Assembly (NCBI GenBank): GCA_964634935.1
Contig: CAZWJT010000001.1
Coordinates: 160,949-224,948, forward strand
Reading direction: 5' to 3'
Length of the DNA stretch: 64,000 bases
Origin: an uncultured Planctomycetia bacterium
Lineage (GTDB): Bacteria; Omnitrophota; Gorgyraeia; Duberdicusellales; Duberdicusellaceae
The translations under genes and the position numbers were made by a program. A model generated the notes under the pieces. The model saw nothing but the letters and a program-made list of their open reading frames with translations. It searched no databases and was not told where the DNA came from. This document shows, one piece after another, positions 51,888 to 62,542 of the stretch (the first letter of the stretch is position 1; each line of letters begins with the position of its first letter).

Positions 51888-52691
51888 ATGCGATTCTCCG
51901 GGAAAATAAAACTCTTAATTCTTCTACCTTTCTTGTTCCTCGCCTATCAGAATTTTATCACAAGCTACTATTTAAAATCGAACGATCTCACATTCAAACT
52001 CAGCATCCTGGCAATGGCAGTTTATATAGCTTCTATCAATATGAAGCGTTTCCACTCTCAGGGCGCTGCTCCAAAAATCTACTGGATTCTTCTTGCTTTC
52101 TTTGTCTATGTGAGCGCGACCGTGCTCCAATCAACGTTCCTCTGGCAAGTCAGCTTACTGTTTCTCTTGTACATTCTCCTTCCACTGAGCGGACTTATTT
52201 CGAAAGAAGCCCTGCGGTTCCCTCTCTTTTTTATCCTGCTCTCCAATGAACCGTATTATTTCCTCTACAAAATAAGTCCGATCTTGAAGGTAATCTCATC
52301 GCAGATATCAGCGTTTTTCTTATATCTCGGGGGAATCAAGGTTATCGTACAAGGAGTTATCCTGCACCTGCCGCGCTTTACGCTCGAGGTAAATGATACG
52401 TGTTCCGGCATTAACGGATTGTGGATTTTCTTTATCGTGAGTGTTTTTTTGAGTTATCTCTTCCAAAAAAACAATATCAATCGGGTCATCCTCATCGCCT
52501 CGAGCATTCTTGCATCAATAGTAGCTAATTCCCTGCGTATCGCTCTCTCCGGACTTATTGCTGTAAATCTTGGTAAGACTGGTTTCGATCGTTTTCATAT
52601 TATTTCTGGCGAATTCGTCTATATCACGGGGGTGGTATTGATTGTCCTCTTAAATTATGCACTTCTTACTATACGCTGGGATGGAGAATAA
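51888..52691 (+). CDS. Exosortase (EpsH/XrtA-like transpeptidase)
   Basis: Polytopic membrane protein with the exosortase catalytic signature: Cys in TCSGING, Arg in the ANSLRIA (NxxR) motif, and a conserved His region. Confidence 0.7.
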   Translation: MRFSGKIKLLILLPFLFLAYQNFITSYYLKSNDLTFKLSILAMAVYIASINMKRFHSQGAAPKIYWILLAFFVYVSATVLQSTFLWQVSLLFLLYILLPLSGLISKEALRFPLFFILLSNEPYYFLYKISPILKVISSQISAFFLYLGGIKVIVQGVILHLPRFTLEVNDTCSGINGLWIFFIVSVFLSYLFQKNNINRVILIASSILASIVANSLRIALSGLIAVNLGKTGFDRFHIISGEFVYITGVVLIVLLNYALLTIRWDGE

Positions 52692-53367
52692 GCTTTCCAA
52701 CAAGCGGTGCTTCCTCATTGCAGCCTTACTGGTCGCTGGGTACTTTTTCTCCGTTTTTGTCGATACACAATATAAAGAAAAGCAGTCAATCATTCCTTTG
52801 TACGCGCTCCCGGAAAATCTGGATGGTTGGGAAAAATTTCAGAAACCCGAAGAAACAGAATACTTGAACAGCCTCAATGCAATCTACAGGGCTGATTCAT
52901 TCGCAATCAGCTATTATAAAAATAAACATACGGGAATGGTGGTGAATTTAATCTTGGCGTATTATAAAAATATTGAGAATAACGCCTGGTACCATACTCC
53001 AGAAATATGTATTCGGAATTCCGGATGGACTATCACAAAAACAGATTACCGGGACATTGCTTTAAGCAATATTACGATCCATGCCAAGGAACTGCTGGCC
53101 CAGGATGGATTTCAGCAGCACTATTTCCTCTATTGGCACCAAATTCATTCCTTCACTTCTTCAAAACTCTTTACGTTCAAGATGCGCTGGATTGAACGAA
53201 TGAATTTCCTGCTGCATCCGTTGCAACAACGAGGAATATTCCTTGTGCGTATCGGTGCCAATTTTACCGATTCTGAAAAACTTGGCGAGATCCGAAAAGA
53301 AGTGGAAAAATTTTGTGCGGGACTGGAAAACTTTCTTTTTTCAGAAGTATTCAAAAAAAGCCGCTAA
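52681..53367 (+). CDS. Exosortase-associated EpsI family protein
   Basis: N-terminal TM and the H-x-PE-x-C motif (YHTPEICI), characteristic of EpsI; it overlaps the exosortase 3' end. Confidence 0.65.
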   Translation: MENKLSNKRCFLIAALLVAGYFFSVFVDTQYKEKQSIIPLYALPENLDGWEKFQKPEETEYLNSLNAIYRADSFAISYYKNKHTGMVVNLILAYYKNIENNAWYHTPEICIRNSGWTITKTDYRDIALSNITIHAKELLAQDGFQQHYFLYWHQIHSFTSSKLFTFKMRWIERMNFLLHPLQQRGIFLVRIGANFTDSEKLGEIRKEVEKFCAGLENFLFSEVFKKSR

Positions 53368-54086
53368 GTCTCGCGTAGCTCAATCTCCCCCCATATACCA
53401 ACCTCTTCATCGCAGACAACAAGTATGCCGAAAAGCTCGTGAAATGTTTTAGCATATTCAATAGTTGAATATATGTCTTTTCGGGATTTTACCATATTCG
53501 CCAATCGTGTTGCCAACCCATCGCAGCAGGCGACATCCCGGCTTAGCACGGTTACCAAATCTGCGTTACCGAGACTTAAGCTATGCCCAAGCTTTGCCGA
53601 AGAAGAACAAACCCCAAAACTATGCTTTTTTTTAGGACAGACTATCCGTAAATGATTGATCGGATTTTCCTCTCCGGCATATAAACCGATCGTAACGGAA
53701 AAATCGGCATGAATAAAAATGTCTCCTCCATTTTCAATCAGAAGCGAACTTTCTTCTTTGGAAAAACATTCTCCCAGAAACTCGGCAATTGCTCCCGCTA
53801 CAGTTGCCATGGGACCGACACCGGCATAACTTGCCGCGTCAATCATCTTTTCAGCGATCGCCGGTAGAGGAAACATCTTGGACACCGGAGATAATGAAGT
53901 TTTAAATTCCGGAAATTTTTTTACATATCCAAGAATCTCATTTCGCAGCAAGCACACTTTTTCCTGAACGGCAGATTTCTGTAAAAGGTGCGCGGATAAA
54001 ATAAATAAATCCGTCTCCCCTACCGCAACTTCAAGTTGATGGAGTTTTTGCGGAATATCATACCGATAGAAACGCTCTTCATACAT
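53364..54086 (-). CDS. Hypothetical protein (possibly UPF0280/ApbE-like superfamily)
   Basis: GVGPMATVAGAIAE and ENGGDIFI segments resemble UPF0280-type proteins. This rests on memory, not a search. Confidence 0.3.
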   Translation of the reverse strand: MYEERFYRYDIPQKLHQLEVAVGETDLFILSAHLLQKSAVQEKVCLLRNEILGYVKKFPEFKTSLSPVSKMFPLPAIAEKMIDAASYAGVGPMATVAGAIAEFLGECFSKEESSLLIENGGDIFIHADFSVTIGLYAGEENPINHLRIVCPKKKHSFGVCSSSAKLGHSLSLGNADLVTVLSRDVACCDGLATRLANMVKSRKDIYSTIEYAKTFHELFGILVVCDEEVGIWGEIELRET

Positions 54087-54777
54087 TGGCGCTCATCTTT
54101 CCGGAAAAACGCAGATTCAATCCGATATCCTTGAGAAAAACCTTCCCAAGAAACTTACGGCAGCTTCTTTGTGAAAAACATTTCTTAGGCGCAAGAAAAC
54201 TTACCGTGTAAGTTGCCCGTATCGCAGTGGTATCAACAAAACCTGTGTCAGCACAAACACCGGATGGTATATCCAAGGCAAGGATTCTGGATGATTTTTG
54301 GTTTATGTCCGCAAAAAGATGCTGATAGAATAATGCAAGCGGCGGATGAAAGCCAATTCCGAAGATACCGTCGACCGCAAAGGAGATTTTTCTCTTTTCC
54401 AGAAAAGAAAAAATATCTTCAGGGGCATTCAAATGCCAGAAAGATCTGCCGGGAATCAACCTCTCAAGAAGAGACAGCTGAAATTTAATCTCTTTATTCA
54501 TCGTTTTCCCTATGCGTACCAGCGCGAAAATAACCTGAATGTTCCTGTTGTAAAGGTGCCTGCCGAGCGCAAGCGCGTCCGCTCCGTTATTGCCATTCCC
54601 CGCAAAAATCACAATCTGCCTCGGCAAATCAAGGCTTTCCATTACCTCACATGCCCCCCTGCTTGCGTTTTCAATCAAAAGACGCTCGGAAACTAAAAAA
54701 TCTTCCCGTATACGCCGTTCCAGAGCCCGAATTTTTTCAACAGATAAAGCTCTCATGATCTCACAACTGAAATTCAA
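54079..54777 (-). CDS. nnrE: NAD(P)H-hydrate epimerase (YjeF N-terminal domain)
   Basis: GNGNNGADALALGRHL and DGIFGIGF motifs of the YjeF-N family; 232 aa. Confidence 0.75.
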   Translation of the reverse strand: MNFSCEIMRALSVEKIRALERRIREDFLVSERLLIENASRGACEVMESLDLPRQIVIFAGNGNNGADALALGRHLYNRNIQVIFALVRIGKTMNKEIKFQLSLLERLIPGRSFWHLNAPEDIFSFLEKRKISFAVDGIFGIGFHPPLALFYQHLFADINQKSSRILALDIPSGVCADTGFVDTTAIRATYTVSFLAPKKCFSQRSCRKFLGKVFLKDIGLNLRFSGKMSANV

Positions 54778-54848
54778 GACCTGCGTAAAACAACCAGAAG
54801 AGATATTGCGCTCGGTTTTTCAAATACCAAACCATCTACTTTCCGATA

Positions 54849-55583
54849 CTAGAGAATGCGCTCACTACACTTGTATTGATTGAGAACCATTTCTGGTTTA
54901 CCGATTGAAAAAATCTTCCCTTCATGCAGCCACACCGCTTGCGAACAAAACCGATTGATAAAATCCAAATCATGGGTGTTTATCAAAATGGTCTTCTCAG
55001 AATTGAATACTTGTTGAAAGGCCTGCGTGCTTTTCTCCTGAAACCGCACATCTCCGACAGTCACAATTTCATCGAGCAAAAGTATATCCGCCTTGTTGAC
55101 AAGCATAAGCGAGAAAAAAATCCTTTCTTTCATTCCGTTCGACAAATCTTTAAACGGCGTCTCCGCAAACCGCTCAAGTTCCGCAAAGGAAAGTATCGCC
55201 GCAAGACTATCACCTATTTCTTCCTTTTCCATGCCCATCACCATTCCAATAAGAAAAATATTATCCGTAAGGGAAAGATCGGGCATGGCGCCAAGATTCA
55301 TTTTAAAAAACGCGGCAAAACTACCGCGCACCTGGATAAATCCTGAATCTTGCTGGTAAATTCCTGAAAGAATCCGAAACAAGGTCGTTTTGCCGGCTCC
55401 GTTCAGACCAATGATCCCAATTTTTTCTCCCTGTCTAACTTCCAATGAAATATCTTTTAATACATGGAGAATATAGTTCTGAGGCGCAGTCTTTTTCAGG
55501 GAACAAAGTAACTTAAAGAGCGTCCGCGCCCGGGGCACAAGATAGAATGATTTACTGAGATTCTGAACCGTGATAACATTCAT
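54849..55583 (-). CDS. ABC transporter ATP-binding protein (polysaccharide/teichoic-acid-type exporter, Wzt/TagH-like)
   Basis: Walker A GLNGAGKTTL, ABC signature LSNGMKER, Walker B LLLDE. No C-terminal carbohydrate-binding extension. Confidence 0.85.
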   Translation of the reverse strand: MNVITVQNLSKSFYLVPRARTLFKLLCSLKKTAPQNYILHVLKDISLEVRQGEKIGIIGLNGAGKTTLFRILSGIYQQDSGFIQVRGSFAAFFKMNLGAMPDLSLTDNIFLIGMVMGMEKEEIGDSLAAILSFAELERFAETPFKDLSNGMKERIFFSLMLVNKADILLLDEIVTVGDVRFQEKSTQAFQQVFNSEKTILINTHDLDFINRFCSQAVWLHEGKIFSIGKPEMVLNQYKCSERIL

Positions 55584-56362
55584 AAAAGTTCAACAAACCG
55601 CTTACTATACTTTTGGAATACTACCCAGCCAAAAAGGAATATACTGACGGCGTAAAGAGAGAAAAACCCAAGATCCCGCACGTATAAGGAACCATTATCT
55701 AACAAAACACCTCGCAAACATCCTAAAAACGGAATTAAAGGATTACAGAAATAAAGAAAGGCGCGTCGAGCTTGCGTGATAATATCCAGGCTGTAGAAAA
55801 TAGGGGTTAGGAAAAAAAGCATTCTTGTGATCAAGCCCCAAATGTACCGTAAATCCCCTACGAGAATAGCAGCAATAGACACAAAAAAACCTATACCTAA
55901 AAGAAAGAGCACCATGGCCGCGCAGAGAAGAACTAAGGAAAAATTCAAAAAGGCAAGGGTCTTTGTGGTTAAGCTGATGAGCATGATACTTACGATCAAT
56001 TCTATGAAGAACTTTCCAGTGTGAAAAGCGACATACGAAACGACGATGCACATATTCGGAACTGTAGAATTTATCACAAGATCCCGGTTATCCCGAAATG
56101 CTCCGATCGTGCTATTGATCGTGGAAGTAAAGTAATTGAAAGAAATGATCCCGAGAATAAGATAAAGAGGGAAATTTGGAATCGTCCGTCCAACCCATGG
56201 GCGAAAAAGAAAGAGCAGAATCGCAAGCATCGCAATTGGATTCAATAAAGACCAAGCTGCTCCAAGAATTGTTCCTTGATTTGCTTTTTTAAAATGGGCG
56301 GCCGTAAGCTCTCGGATAAACGACCAAGAGCAACCCTCCCGCATATATCCTCTACGTTGCAT
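55580..56362 (-). CDS. ABC-2 type transporter permease (Wzm/TagG-like)
   Basis: 260 aa with six predicted TM helices; it overlaps the ATPase gene by 4 nt. Confidence 0.7.
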   Translation of the reverse strand: MQRRGYMREGCSWSFIRELTAAHFKKANQGTILGAAWSLLNPIAMLAILLFLFRPWVGRTIPNFPLYLILGIISFNYFTSTINSTIGAFRDNRDLVINSTVPNMCIVVSYVAFHTGKFFIELIVSIMLISLTTKTLAFLNFSLVLLCAAMVLFLLGIGFFVSIAAILVGDLRYIWGLITRMLFFLTPIFYSLDIITQARRAFLYFCNPLIPFLGCLRGVLLDNGSLYVRDLGFFSLYAVSIFLFGWVVFQKYSKRFVELL

Positions 56363-56520
56363 AAATGTTTATTCAGGAAAAACAGATCTTTGCTTAAAAA
56401 TGAGAAAACAACGACTCTGGTTGTGAAATATTGCAAAATTATACATCTTTTCCTGCCAGATGGTCAACTGTTTTCCAGAACATGCGGCGCGCTAAAGACT
56501 ATTCCCGCGTATCAAAGAAT

Positions 56521-57642
56521 TCAAAAACCACCAAGCGCCATCTCTTCTCTCTGCAGCAGCGAATAACCCAGAGCGTCTTTTTGAGCCTGGCAGCCTAACG
56601 CTATGCGTTTCTGGGAATCAAAGCGCAATGTCTGAATTGCCTGTTTCCATGCTTCAAAATCCTCCGGAGGACAAAGCACGGCATTGTTTTGGTTTAGAAC
56701 TTCCCGCAAAACTGGTAAATCGCTGCTGATAATCGCCCTGCCTGATGCTAAATAATCAAACATTTTGAGCGGGCTGCAAACACCCGAAATATCTCCCCCG
56801 CCGCTCCCCGCGACGGAATACTCGTGAGGCATAATCAGAATATCCGCTGCAGCCTGATAGAGCGCCACATTCGCATTCTCAATAAAACCAGTCACCGTGG
56901 CATTCTTGATTTTTTTCTGGCTCAATAAATCCTTAAATTCAAGAACATGCTTTCCTTCTCCGCCAACAAATAAAAAGTTGATATCCGGAAAATACGGCAT
57001 GAGTCTTGTCATAAATTCAATCCCGCGACCCCGATAAAAACTTCCGGTGTACCCTATGGTAAAACCATCCTTAAGCCCCAGCAAGTTTCGTGCTTTCGGC
57101 GGAATCGGCAAATCCCTGTAGCGATCTAAATCTGTTCCACTCGGCGCGATCATCGCGTCCTCTTTCGAATGATAAAAATTGTACTTTGCTTTGAGCGTAT
57201 CGTAAAGCGCATGCGTCGTGATGAGTATCCTTTTTTTACCTTTGTGTTTCAGAATGAAACGGAAAAGCTGCGGTCCTACTCTGCCAGATGGAACATTGTG
57301 CAGTTCAAGAATTACCGCTTTTTTCTGGACGAGCGCCATAAAAGCAACCTGAAACAATATTGTATAAACAAGATCCGCTTGCCAACGCACTGCCTGCCAT
57401 ACGGCGCGTAATGAAAAATCATATCGTTTCAGTAAAGGAACACTTGGTAACCAGCGTACTGCAAACTGGTTGGTTAAACCATAGTGCTTGGACAAATCCA
57501 ACCACGAAGAAACCGCAGATCCGATCGACCAAAGACAAACAGCATGACCCAACTGAGCAAGAGCATCGCAAACCTTCATCACCTGGATGCTGTTTGCGGT
57601 ATAGGAAGGTATCCGGCTTGAAGTAATATACGCGATTTTCAT
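56521..57642 (-). CDS. Glycosyltransferase family 4 (GT-B fold)
   Basis: MKIAYITSS...GHAVCLW N-terminal domain, with a C-terminal domain carrying the E..G....EA..G.P motif region; 373 aa. Confidence 0.7.
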   Translation of the reverse strand: MKIAYITSSRIPSYTANSIQVMKVCDALAQLGHAVCLWSIGSAVSSWLDLSKHYGLTNQFAVRWLPSVPLLKRYDFSLRAVWQAVRWQADLVYTILFQVAFMALVQKKAVILELHNVPSGRVGPQLFRFILKHKGKKRILITTHALYDTLKAKYNFYHSKEDAMIAPSGTDLDRYRDLPIPPKARNLLGLKDGFTIGYTGSFYRGRGIEFMTRLMPYFPDINFLFVGGEGKHVLEFKDLLSQKKIKNATVTGFIENANVALYQAAADILIMPHEYSVAGSGGGDISGVCSPLKMFDYLASGRAIISSDLPVLREVLNQNNAVLCPPEDFEAWKQAIQTLRFDSQKRIALGCQAQKDALGYSLLQREEMALGGF

Positions 57643-57654
57643 CGCAATCCTCTC

Positions 57655-58626
57655 CTAGTTTTGAATGATTTTTGAAAATCGCATCCAAAGCGTAAGTACG
57701 CCCATCCCAATCGTGATACCATAAAAGAATAAAGCTGTTCGTGAATGTTTCCACCCTTTTTTAATACAGAAGTGATGCAGGTGTGAATAATCGCCCTTCA
57801 AAATATTTTGCTTGCGCAAAATCCTCCGGATAATCGCAAGTCCTGTATCGACAATCGGGACCGCAAGAAGGCAGAATGTAAAGAAAAATAAAGAAGAACC
57901 GCTGGAAGAATCGTTCTGTTTCTGTATCCCGAGTACCGCCAGTATAAATCCAAGAAATAAACTCCCGGTATCGCCCATAAAAATCTGAGCGGGATGGTGG
58001 TTATAGAAAAGAAAAGCGCTGCATGCACCGCAAAGAGAAAGAGCCGTAACGAGCGTAACTATATCATTTGTTAAAAATCCATGGAACGCTAAAAAGAATG
58101 CGGCAATACCGGCGATCCCGCAGGCTAAACCGTCTAAACCATCAATGAAATTTATGGCGTTGGTTACCCCGACTATCCAGAATACCAAGATAAAAAAGGC
58201 AAAGTTGCCAAATTCGACATGCCCGAAAAAAGGAACGCTCATGGTATTTGATACAAGAACAGGCTGCAGCACAATCACCGATAATAGAATTTCAACGGCA
58301 AGCTTTAGAAAAGCGCTACAGTTATGAAAATCATCATAAATCCCAAGCAAGACTATCACACCCGAGCTAAAAATAATACTGGAAAAATCAGGATATGCAC
58401 TGAAAAAGGAACGGTTTAAAACTCGCAATACCACTATACCCCCAAAAAATCCGCAATAAATCGCGATGCCGCCTAATTTGGCAATCGCCTTTTCGGGAAA
58501 TATTCCATATGTTCTCCGGTCAATAACACCAAGCTTTACCGCTACGGATCGCACCGAAGGGGTAAGAAGAAATGTTATGACGAAAGCGACGCTGAAAATA
58601 AAGAAATACACCATACTCCTTGCCAA
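57655..58626 (-). CDS. Polyprenol-phosphate N-acetylhexosamine-1-phosphate transferase (WecA/MraY superfamily, initiating transferase)
   Basis: Polytopic protein with the conserved DD..D (NAINFIDGLDGLA) and GDTGS motifs of the MraY/WecA family. Confidence 0.75.
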   Translation of the reverse strand: MARSMVYFFIFSVAFVITFLLTPSVRSVAVKLGVIDRRTYGIFPEKAIAKLGGIAIYCGFFGGIVVLRVLNRSFFSAYPDFSSIIFSSGVIVLLGIYDDFHNCSAFLKLAVEILLSVIVLQPVLVSNTMSVPFFGHVEFGNFAFFILVFWIVGVTNAINFIDGLDGLACGIAGIAAFFLAFHGFLTNDIVTLVTALSLCGACSAFLFYNHHPAQIFMGDTGSLFLGFILAVLGIQKQNDSSSGSSLFFFTFCLLAVPIVDTGLAIIRRILRKQNILKGDYSHLHHFCIKKGWKHSRTALFFYGITIGMGVLTLWMRFSKIIQN

Positions 58627-58646
58627 ACTGCTTTCAGCGGATAACC

Positions 58647-59882
58647 TTATCCCATAACTCTATTGTCACGCATAACCCTGATAAAATCTAAATATTTTTT
58701 TGCAAGTTCATCCCGGTCATGATTCTCTCGAACATAACGGTACCCGTTTCTGCCGTATTCCTGACTGAGATCTTGATTTCTGTATAGACGCAAAATCGCT
58801 GCTTTGAATTTTCGGGGATCCCTTGGTTCGACGAATACCCCCGCTTGCGCTTTGACGACAACGAGTTCTCGCGCTGCGCCATCAACCGATAGAATGATCG
58901 GCTTAGCACAAATCATGTAATCAAAAATTTTATTGGGATATGTCGTTATAAGCGCTGGATGGAGCGTTGCGACACAGAGGTCAGCGGCCCGGATAAAACT
59001 GAAAATATTTTTTTGTGGTACTGAGTCGAGAAATTGAACATTCGATATCTTTTTTTGGCGCGCCGTCATTTCTAAACGAACCTTATCTATGCCGTTCCCG
59101 ATAAGAACAAACAAAATAGCCGGATCATCGGTTATCTGGGCGACATCGAGTATTTGCTGAAGATCATGCGCCACACCGAAAGTACCAGAGTACAAAACAA
59201 TACATTTGCCATTCCAGCCGTAGCGATTGCGGATAGTTCTGCTATCCTGCTCTTCCACAGGAACACTCGCTGATGCGGGATTCGGTATAAAAGAAATTTT
59301 CCCGTCATCAACACCATTCTCCGAAACCAGATATCCTCTGTATGCTGGAGACAAAACAATAACGCCGGTTGATCTTTGGTATATAAATCGTTCCAAGCGT
59401 TGAGAATATCGAATGACATGCCGATTCTTTAATATGGCTAAGTCGACGGCAAACTTTGGCCAAAGATCACGTACTTCAAAAATCAAAGGTATCTTCTGCA
59501 AACGGCTTACAAGATATGCCGGAATAGCAGTAACCAAAGGGGGCGATGAAGCAATCACAACATCGTGTCTCCCGGAAAATAGAACCGCAACTACTGAAGA
59601 AAAAAGAAACGTTACATACGCAAAAAAACGGCCATAGAAATTTTTATTGTAAAGTTGTGAAACATAACAGCGAAATACTTTGATAGAATGAAAATCTTTA
59701 TCTTCAGTAACCAAAAACCAGTTATGTTTGGTATCTTTTTTCTTGCCGAAGGGGTCAAGTCTTGCCGCTACCACGGTTACTTGATGACCGAGATCGACCC
59801 AAGATTGTGCGAACTGATTAAACCGGGGGTTACCCGATCCTCCTTCACGCAAAAACGACTGGCAAATGATGAGAATTTTCAT
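58647..59882 (-). CDS. Glycosyltransferase family 4
   Basis: MKILIICQSF...GGSG N-terminus and GT-B C-terminal motifs; 411 aa. Confidence 0.75.
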   Translation of the reverse strand: MKILIICQSFLREGGSGNPRFNQFAQSWVDLGHQVTVVAARLDPFGKKKDTKHNWFLVTEDKDFHSIKVFRCYVSQLYNKNFYGRFFAYVTFLFSSVVAVLFSGRHDVVIASSPPLVTAIPAYLVSRLQKIPLIFEVRDLWPKFAVDLAILKNRHVIRYSQRLERFIYQRSTGVIVLSPAYRGYLVSENGVDDGKISFIPNPASASVPVEEQDSRTIRNRYGWNGKCIVLYSGTFGVAHDLQQILDVAQITDDPAILFVLIGNGIDKVRLEMTARQKKISNVQFLDSVPQKNIFSFIRAADLCVATLHPALITTYPNKIFDYMICAKPIILSVDGAARELVVVKAQAGVFVEPRDPRKFKAAILRLYRNQDLSQEYGRNGYRYVRENHDRDELAKKYLDFIRVMRDNRVMG

Positions 59883-60866
59883 TTAAAAAAATACTAACGA
59901 TTTACAGTTTCGGCATATTGGGATCGCTTCGTATTGTTCATGAAGGTGTAACCGCCGAAGTTCCCGATACCCTTGGCTTAAATACACCGTACGCAGCGAT
60001 TCACTGGCAACATTGCCCAGCACCATCTCACCGTTGATATCACGACAACAAAAACTTACATCCCCGTTCCAAAAAACAAACATTCTCTTCCAAAGCAGCG
60101 GGCATGGCCATCGTCTTAAAGGCCGCTCTTCTTCTTTAAGCTTATTCCTGCCTGCCCAATCATGATAGAAAACCGGAAGAATACCATCCGTCTTCCCCTT
60201 CCAAGCCTGCGTAAATCGTTTCGTCTCTCCCGGATTGAGCATAATATGAGAAATGAAAATTCTAGGCTTCTTTGCCATATTGTTCCGTGCCGCTATGCAG
60301 AACTCAAGATTCGACTTGACGCGGTCGTATGCCAACCCGATGCGCATACTTTCATAATCCTCTCGCTCCGATGAATCAAGGCTCACCCACAATTCATCAA
60401 GCCCTGCTTCAGCCATACTTTCGAATATATCCCGATCCAGCAGAAACCCGTTTGTAAAAAGAGAAACCCGCAGTTTATTTTCCTTGGCCACTTGAATCAT
60501 CCGAACAATCCGTGGATGGAGAAGTGGTTCTCCAAAATTGTGGAGCTTTATCTCGCCTACTCTATGTTGAACACATTCGGAAATTACCTTCGCATAAAGC
60601 TCAAGATTCATAAACCCAGTGGCGCGCTGCATCTGATTCCTTGGACACATGGCACAATGCGCGTTACAATGATTGGTGGCCTCGATAGTGATACTCCGCG
60701 GCACCGCTCTCGGCTGCTCTCTAAGACAAAGAAAATCCCTCAAATACCGCTGATAGAGAAAATGAAATGCGTTATTCTGGCTCAATCTATATTTTATATA
60801 CTTCTTAACTCCTAAAGGAACATGCGTCCTTAATCCATCGATACTAAAAGGGTATACATTCCGCAT
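59883..60866 (-). CDS. Radical SAM protein with a C-terminal SPASM/twitch-like Cys cluster
   Basis: CNAHCAMC (CxxxCxxC) near the N-terminus; the C-terminus has additional Cys motifs (FCCRD...CRNC). 327 aa. Confidence 0.7.
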   Translation of the reverse strand: MRNVYPFSIDGLRTHVPLGVKKYIKYRLSQNNAFHFLYQRYLRDFLCLREQPRAVPRSITIEATNHCNAHCAMCPRNQMQRATGFMNLELYAKVISECVQHRVGEIKLHNFGEPLLHPRIVRMIQVAKENKLRVSLFTNGFLLDRDIFESMAEAGLDELWVSLDSSEREDYESMRIGLAYDRVKSNLEFCIAARNNMAKKPRIFISHIMLNPGETKRFTQAWKGKTDGILPVFYHDWAGRNKLKEEERPLRRWPCPLLWKRMFVFWNGDVSFCCRDINGEMVLGNVASESLRTVYLSQGYRELRRLHLHEQYEAIPICRNCKSLVFF

Positions 60867-60880
60867 ATCTCAATCTCCCC

Positions 60881-62437
60881 TCATCCACGCAAGATCTGAT
60901 CATAGCATTCGTCTGCGGTCATCTCAAGCAAGCCACCTGGAGTATTGTTACAAAATTCCTCTTCCAAACGAAGTAGATATTCTCGCAAACGGGAGTAAAT
61001 AATCTTTCGCGGCATTTTCTTTTTCAGAATTAAAGCGACTATTTCATTAAAATCTCCATCGGCAGAAAACCCCTGAGTCTTCTGCAAAAGCTCATGAAGC
61101 GTCGTTACTATTATCTGCGAAGACAGGAAAAGGCGCAAACGGATTATTTCACAGGCAAAATAGTAGAGCGAAGAAGATCGCGCGGTAAACACGATCTTTT
61201 TCAGATCAACTCTTTTGGCAACCAAATGAGATAACACCATTCGGAAAATCAAGCAATCAGACACATAATGCATTGGACTAAAAAAATTACGTCCAAAGAT
61301 AAACTCTGCATGATTTTTTAAATGGTAAAGCTCAAAAGCCCAATGTCGTTGCGTATGAAGCAATACCTCGAGCGCTCGTATATCAAAAACATAAACAGGA
61401 AAACAAAGCTTCCTGCCGCGCACCACCTTCCTGATCGTCACGAAGATTTTACTCCATACAAGCTGATCCAATCCGCTTCTAAGCCCTATCCAGAGACGCG
61501 GATGCGCAGAGCAGAGAGAACCCGGATCAATACCGATACCAAAAATTTCCTCTTGATACTCGGCAAGTTGTTCAGCAAGATAATGCGCATCACTAGACAC
61601 ATGCCCGGAAACTTCTTCAAATAAAACGCTCTGAGTATACCGAGAAGGCGCGGTTTGCGGTTTTACGGCTTTTTGATGCAAAAAAGCAACTATCTGATTC
61701 ACCGCATAAAATCCCCTACTGCCAAACTCCAGCACTCTGGCATTCACAGCGTATTGTTCCTTCTGCGCGCAAAGGTTTATAAGATGCGCTGTATCTTCCT
61801 GTTCCGGTAGAAATGAGGTAAAACGCCGAAAGAACCGTTCAAACCGGCGGGTATAGATAAGGTGGGTCAAGTGACGCCGTTGAAACCACCCAAGAAAATT
61901 AAACCAATCCTGAATCCGCAAAGAAAAAATCGTATAGCGAGGCACCAAAGGAAAATCAGAACTCCGAAGCCCACCCCCTACTCGTATAGCGCGGACAAAA
62001 TAGGTCATCGTAGGATCTTGAAAAATTTCAGCAGCGCTGCATTCCCGATAATTCAAAATACTCATGTGCTTGATGAAGGGAAAAACAAAATTCATTGCCC
62101 GATGATACCGCCAGATTACCTCCAGAACTTTTGCTTCTTGAGTAAAACAGGAAAAATCGTCGACAACAACCATGCTGTCAATATCGCTCTCCCAGGGAAT
62201 CCATTGACCCGTTGCGAAGCTGTTGCGAGCGCAGACACCACGGATACAAGGACTAAGGAAAAGAATAATTTTCGTGTAGAGGAAAAAACCTGCCCGATAG
62301 TAGAGCACACTGAGAAAATAAAATAACCTGATCTTATTCGATTGGATAAGAAAACATTGAATTTTTTCTCTGATATGCTCGCGCATGGGTATTGGCACAG
62401 AATGGTTTTTCGCAAGGAATCCAGAAAGAATGCGCAC
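60881..62437 (-). CDS. Hypothetical protein with a possible nucleotidyltransferase-fold motif
   Basis: GQWIPWESDIDSMVVVDD resembles the G..S..xDxD motif of Pol-beta-type NTases. The remainder is unrecognised; 518 aa. Confidence 0.3.
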   Translation of the reverse strand: MRILSGFLAKNHSVPIPMREHIREKIQCFLIQSNKIRLFYFLSVLYYRAGFFLYTKIILFLSPCIRGVCARNSFATGQWIPWESDIDSMVVVDDFSCFTQEAKVLEVIWRYHRAMNFVFPFIKHMSILNYRECSAAEIFQDPTMTYFVRAIRVGGGLRSSDFPLVPRYTIFSLRIQDWFNFLGWFQRRHLTHLIYTRRFERFFRRFTSFLPEQEDTAHLINLCAQKEQYAVNARVLEFGSRGFYAVNQIVAFLHQKAVKPQTAPSRYTQSVLFEEVSGHVSSDAHYLAEQLAEYQEEIFGIGIDPGSLCSAHPRLWIGLRSGLDQLVWSKIFVTIRKVVRGRKLCFPVYVFDIRALEVLLHTQRHWAFELYHLKNHAEFIFGRNFFSPMHYVSDCLIFRMVLSHLVAKRVDLKKIVFTARSSSLYYFACEIIRLRLFLSSQIIVTTLHELLQKTQGFSADGDFNEIVALILKKKMPRKIIYSRLREYLLRLEEEFCNNTPGGLLEMTADECYDQILRG

Positions 62438-62542
62438 GGAATGACCTGTCCTCTCTCTATTATAATAATGGAATTTAATCCTGCAAATGTTAAAATAAAT
62501 TATTAAACCAACACATAGAAATATTTATAAATTATACCCGCT

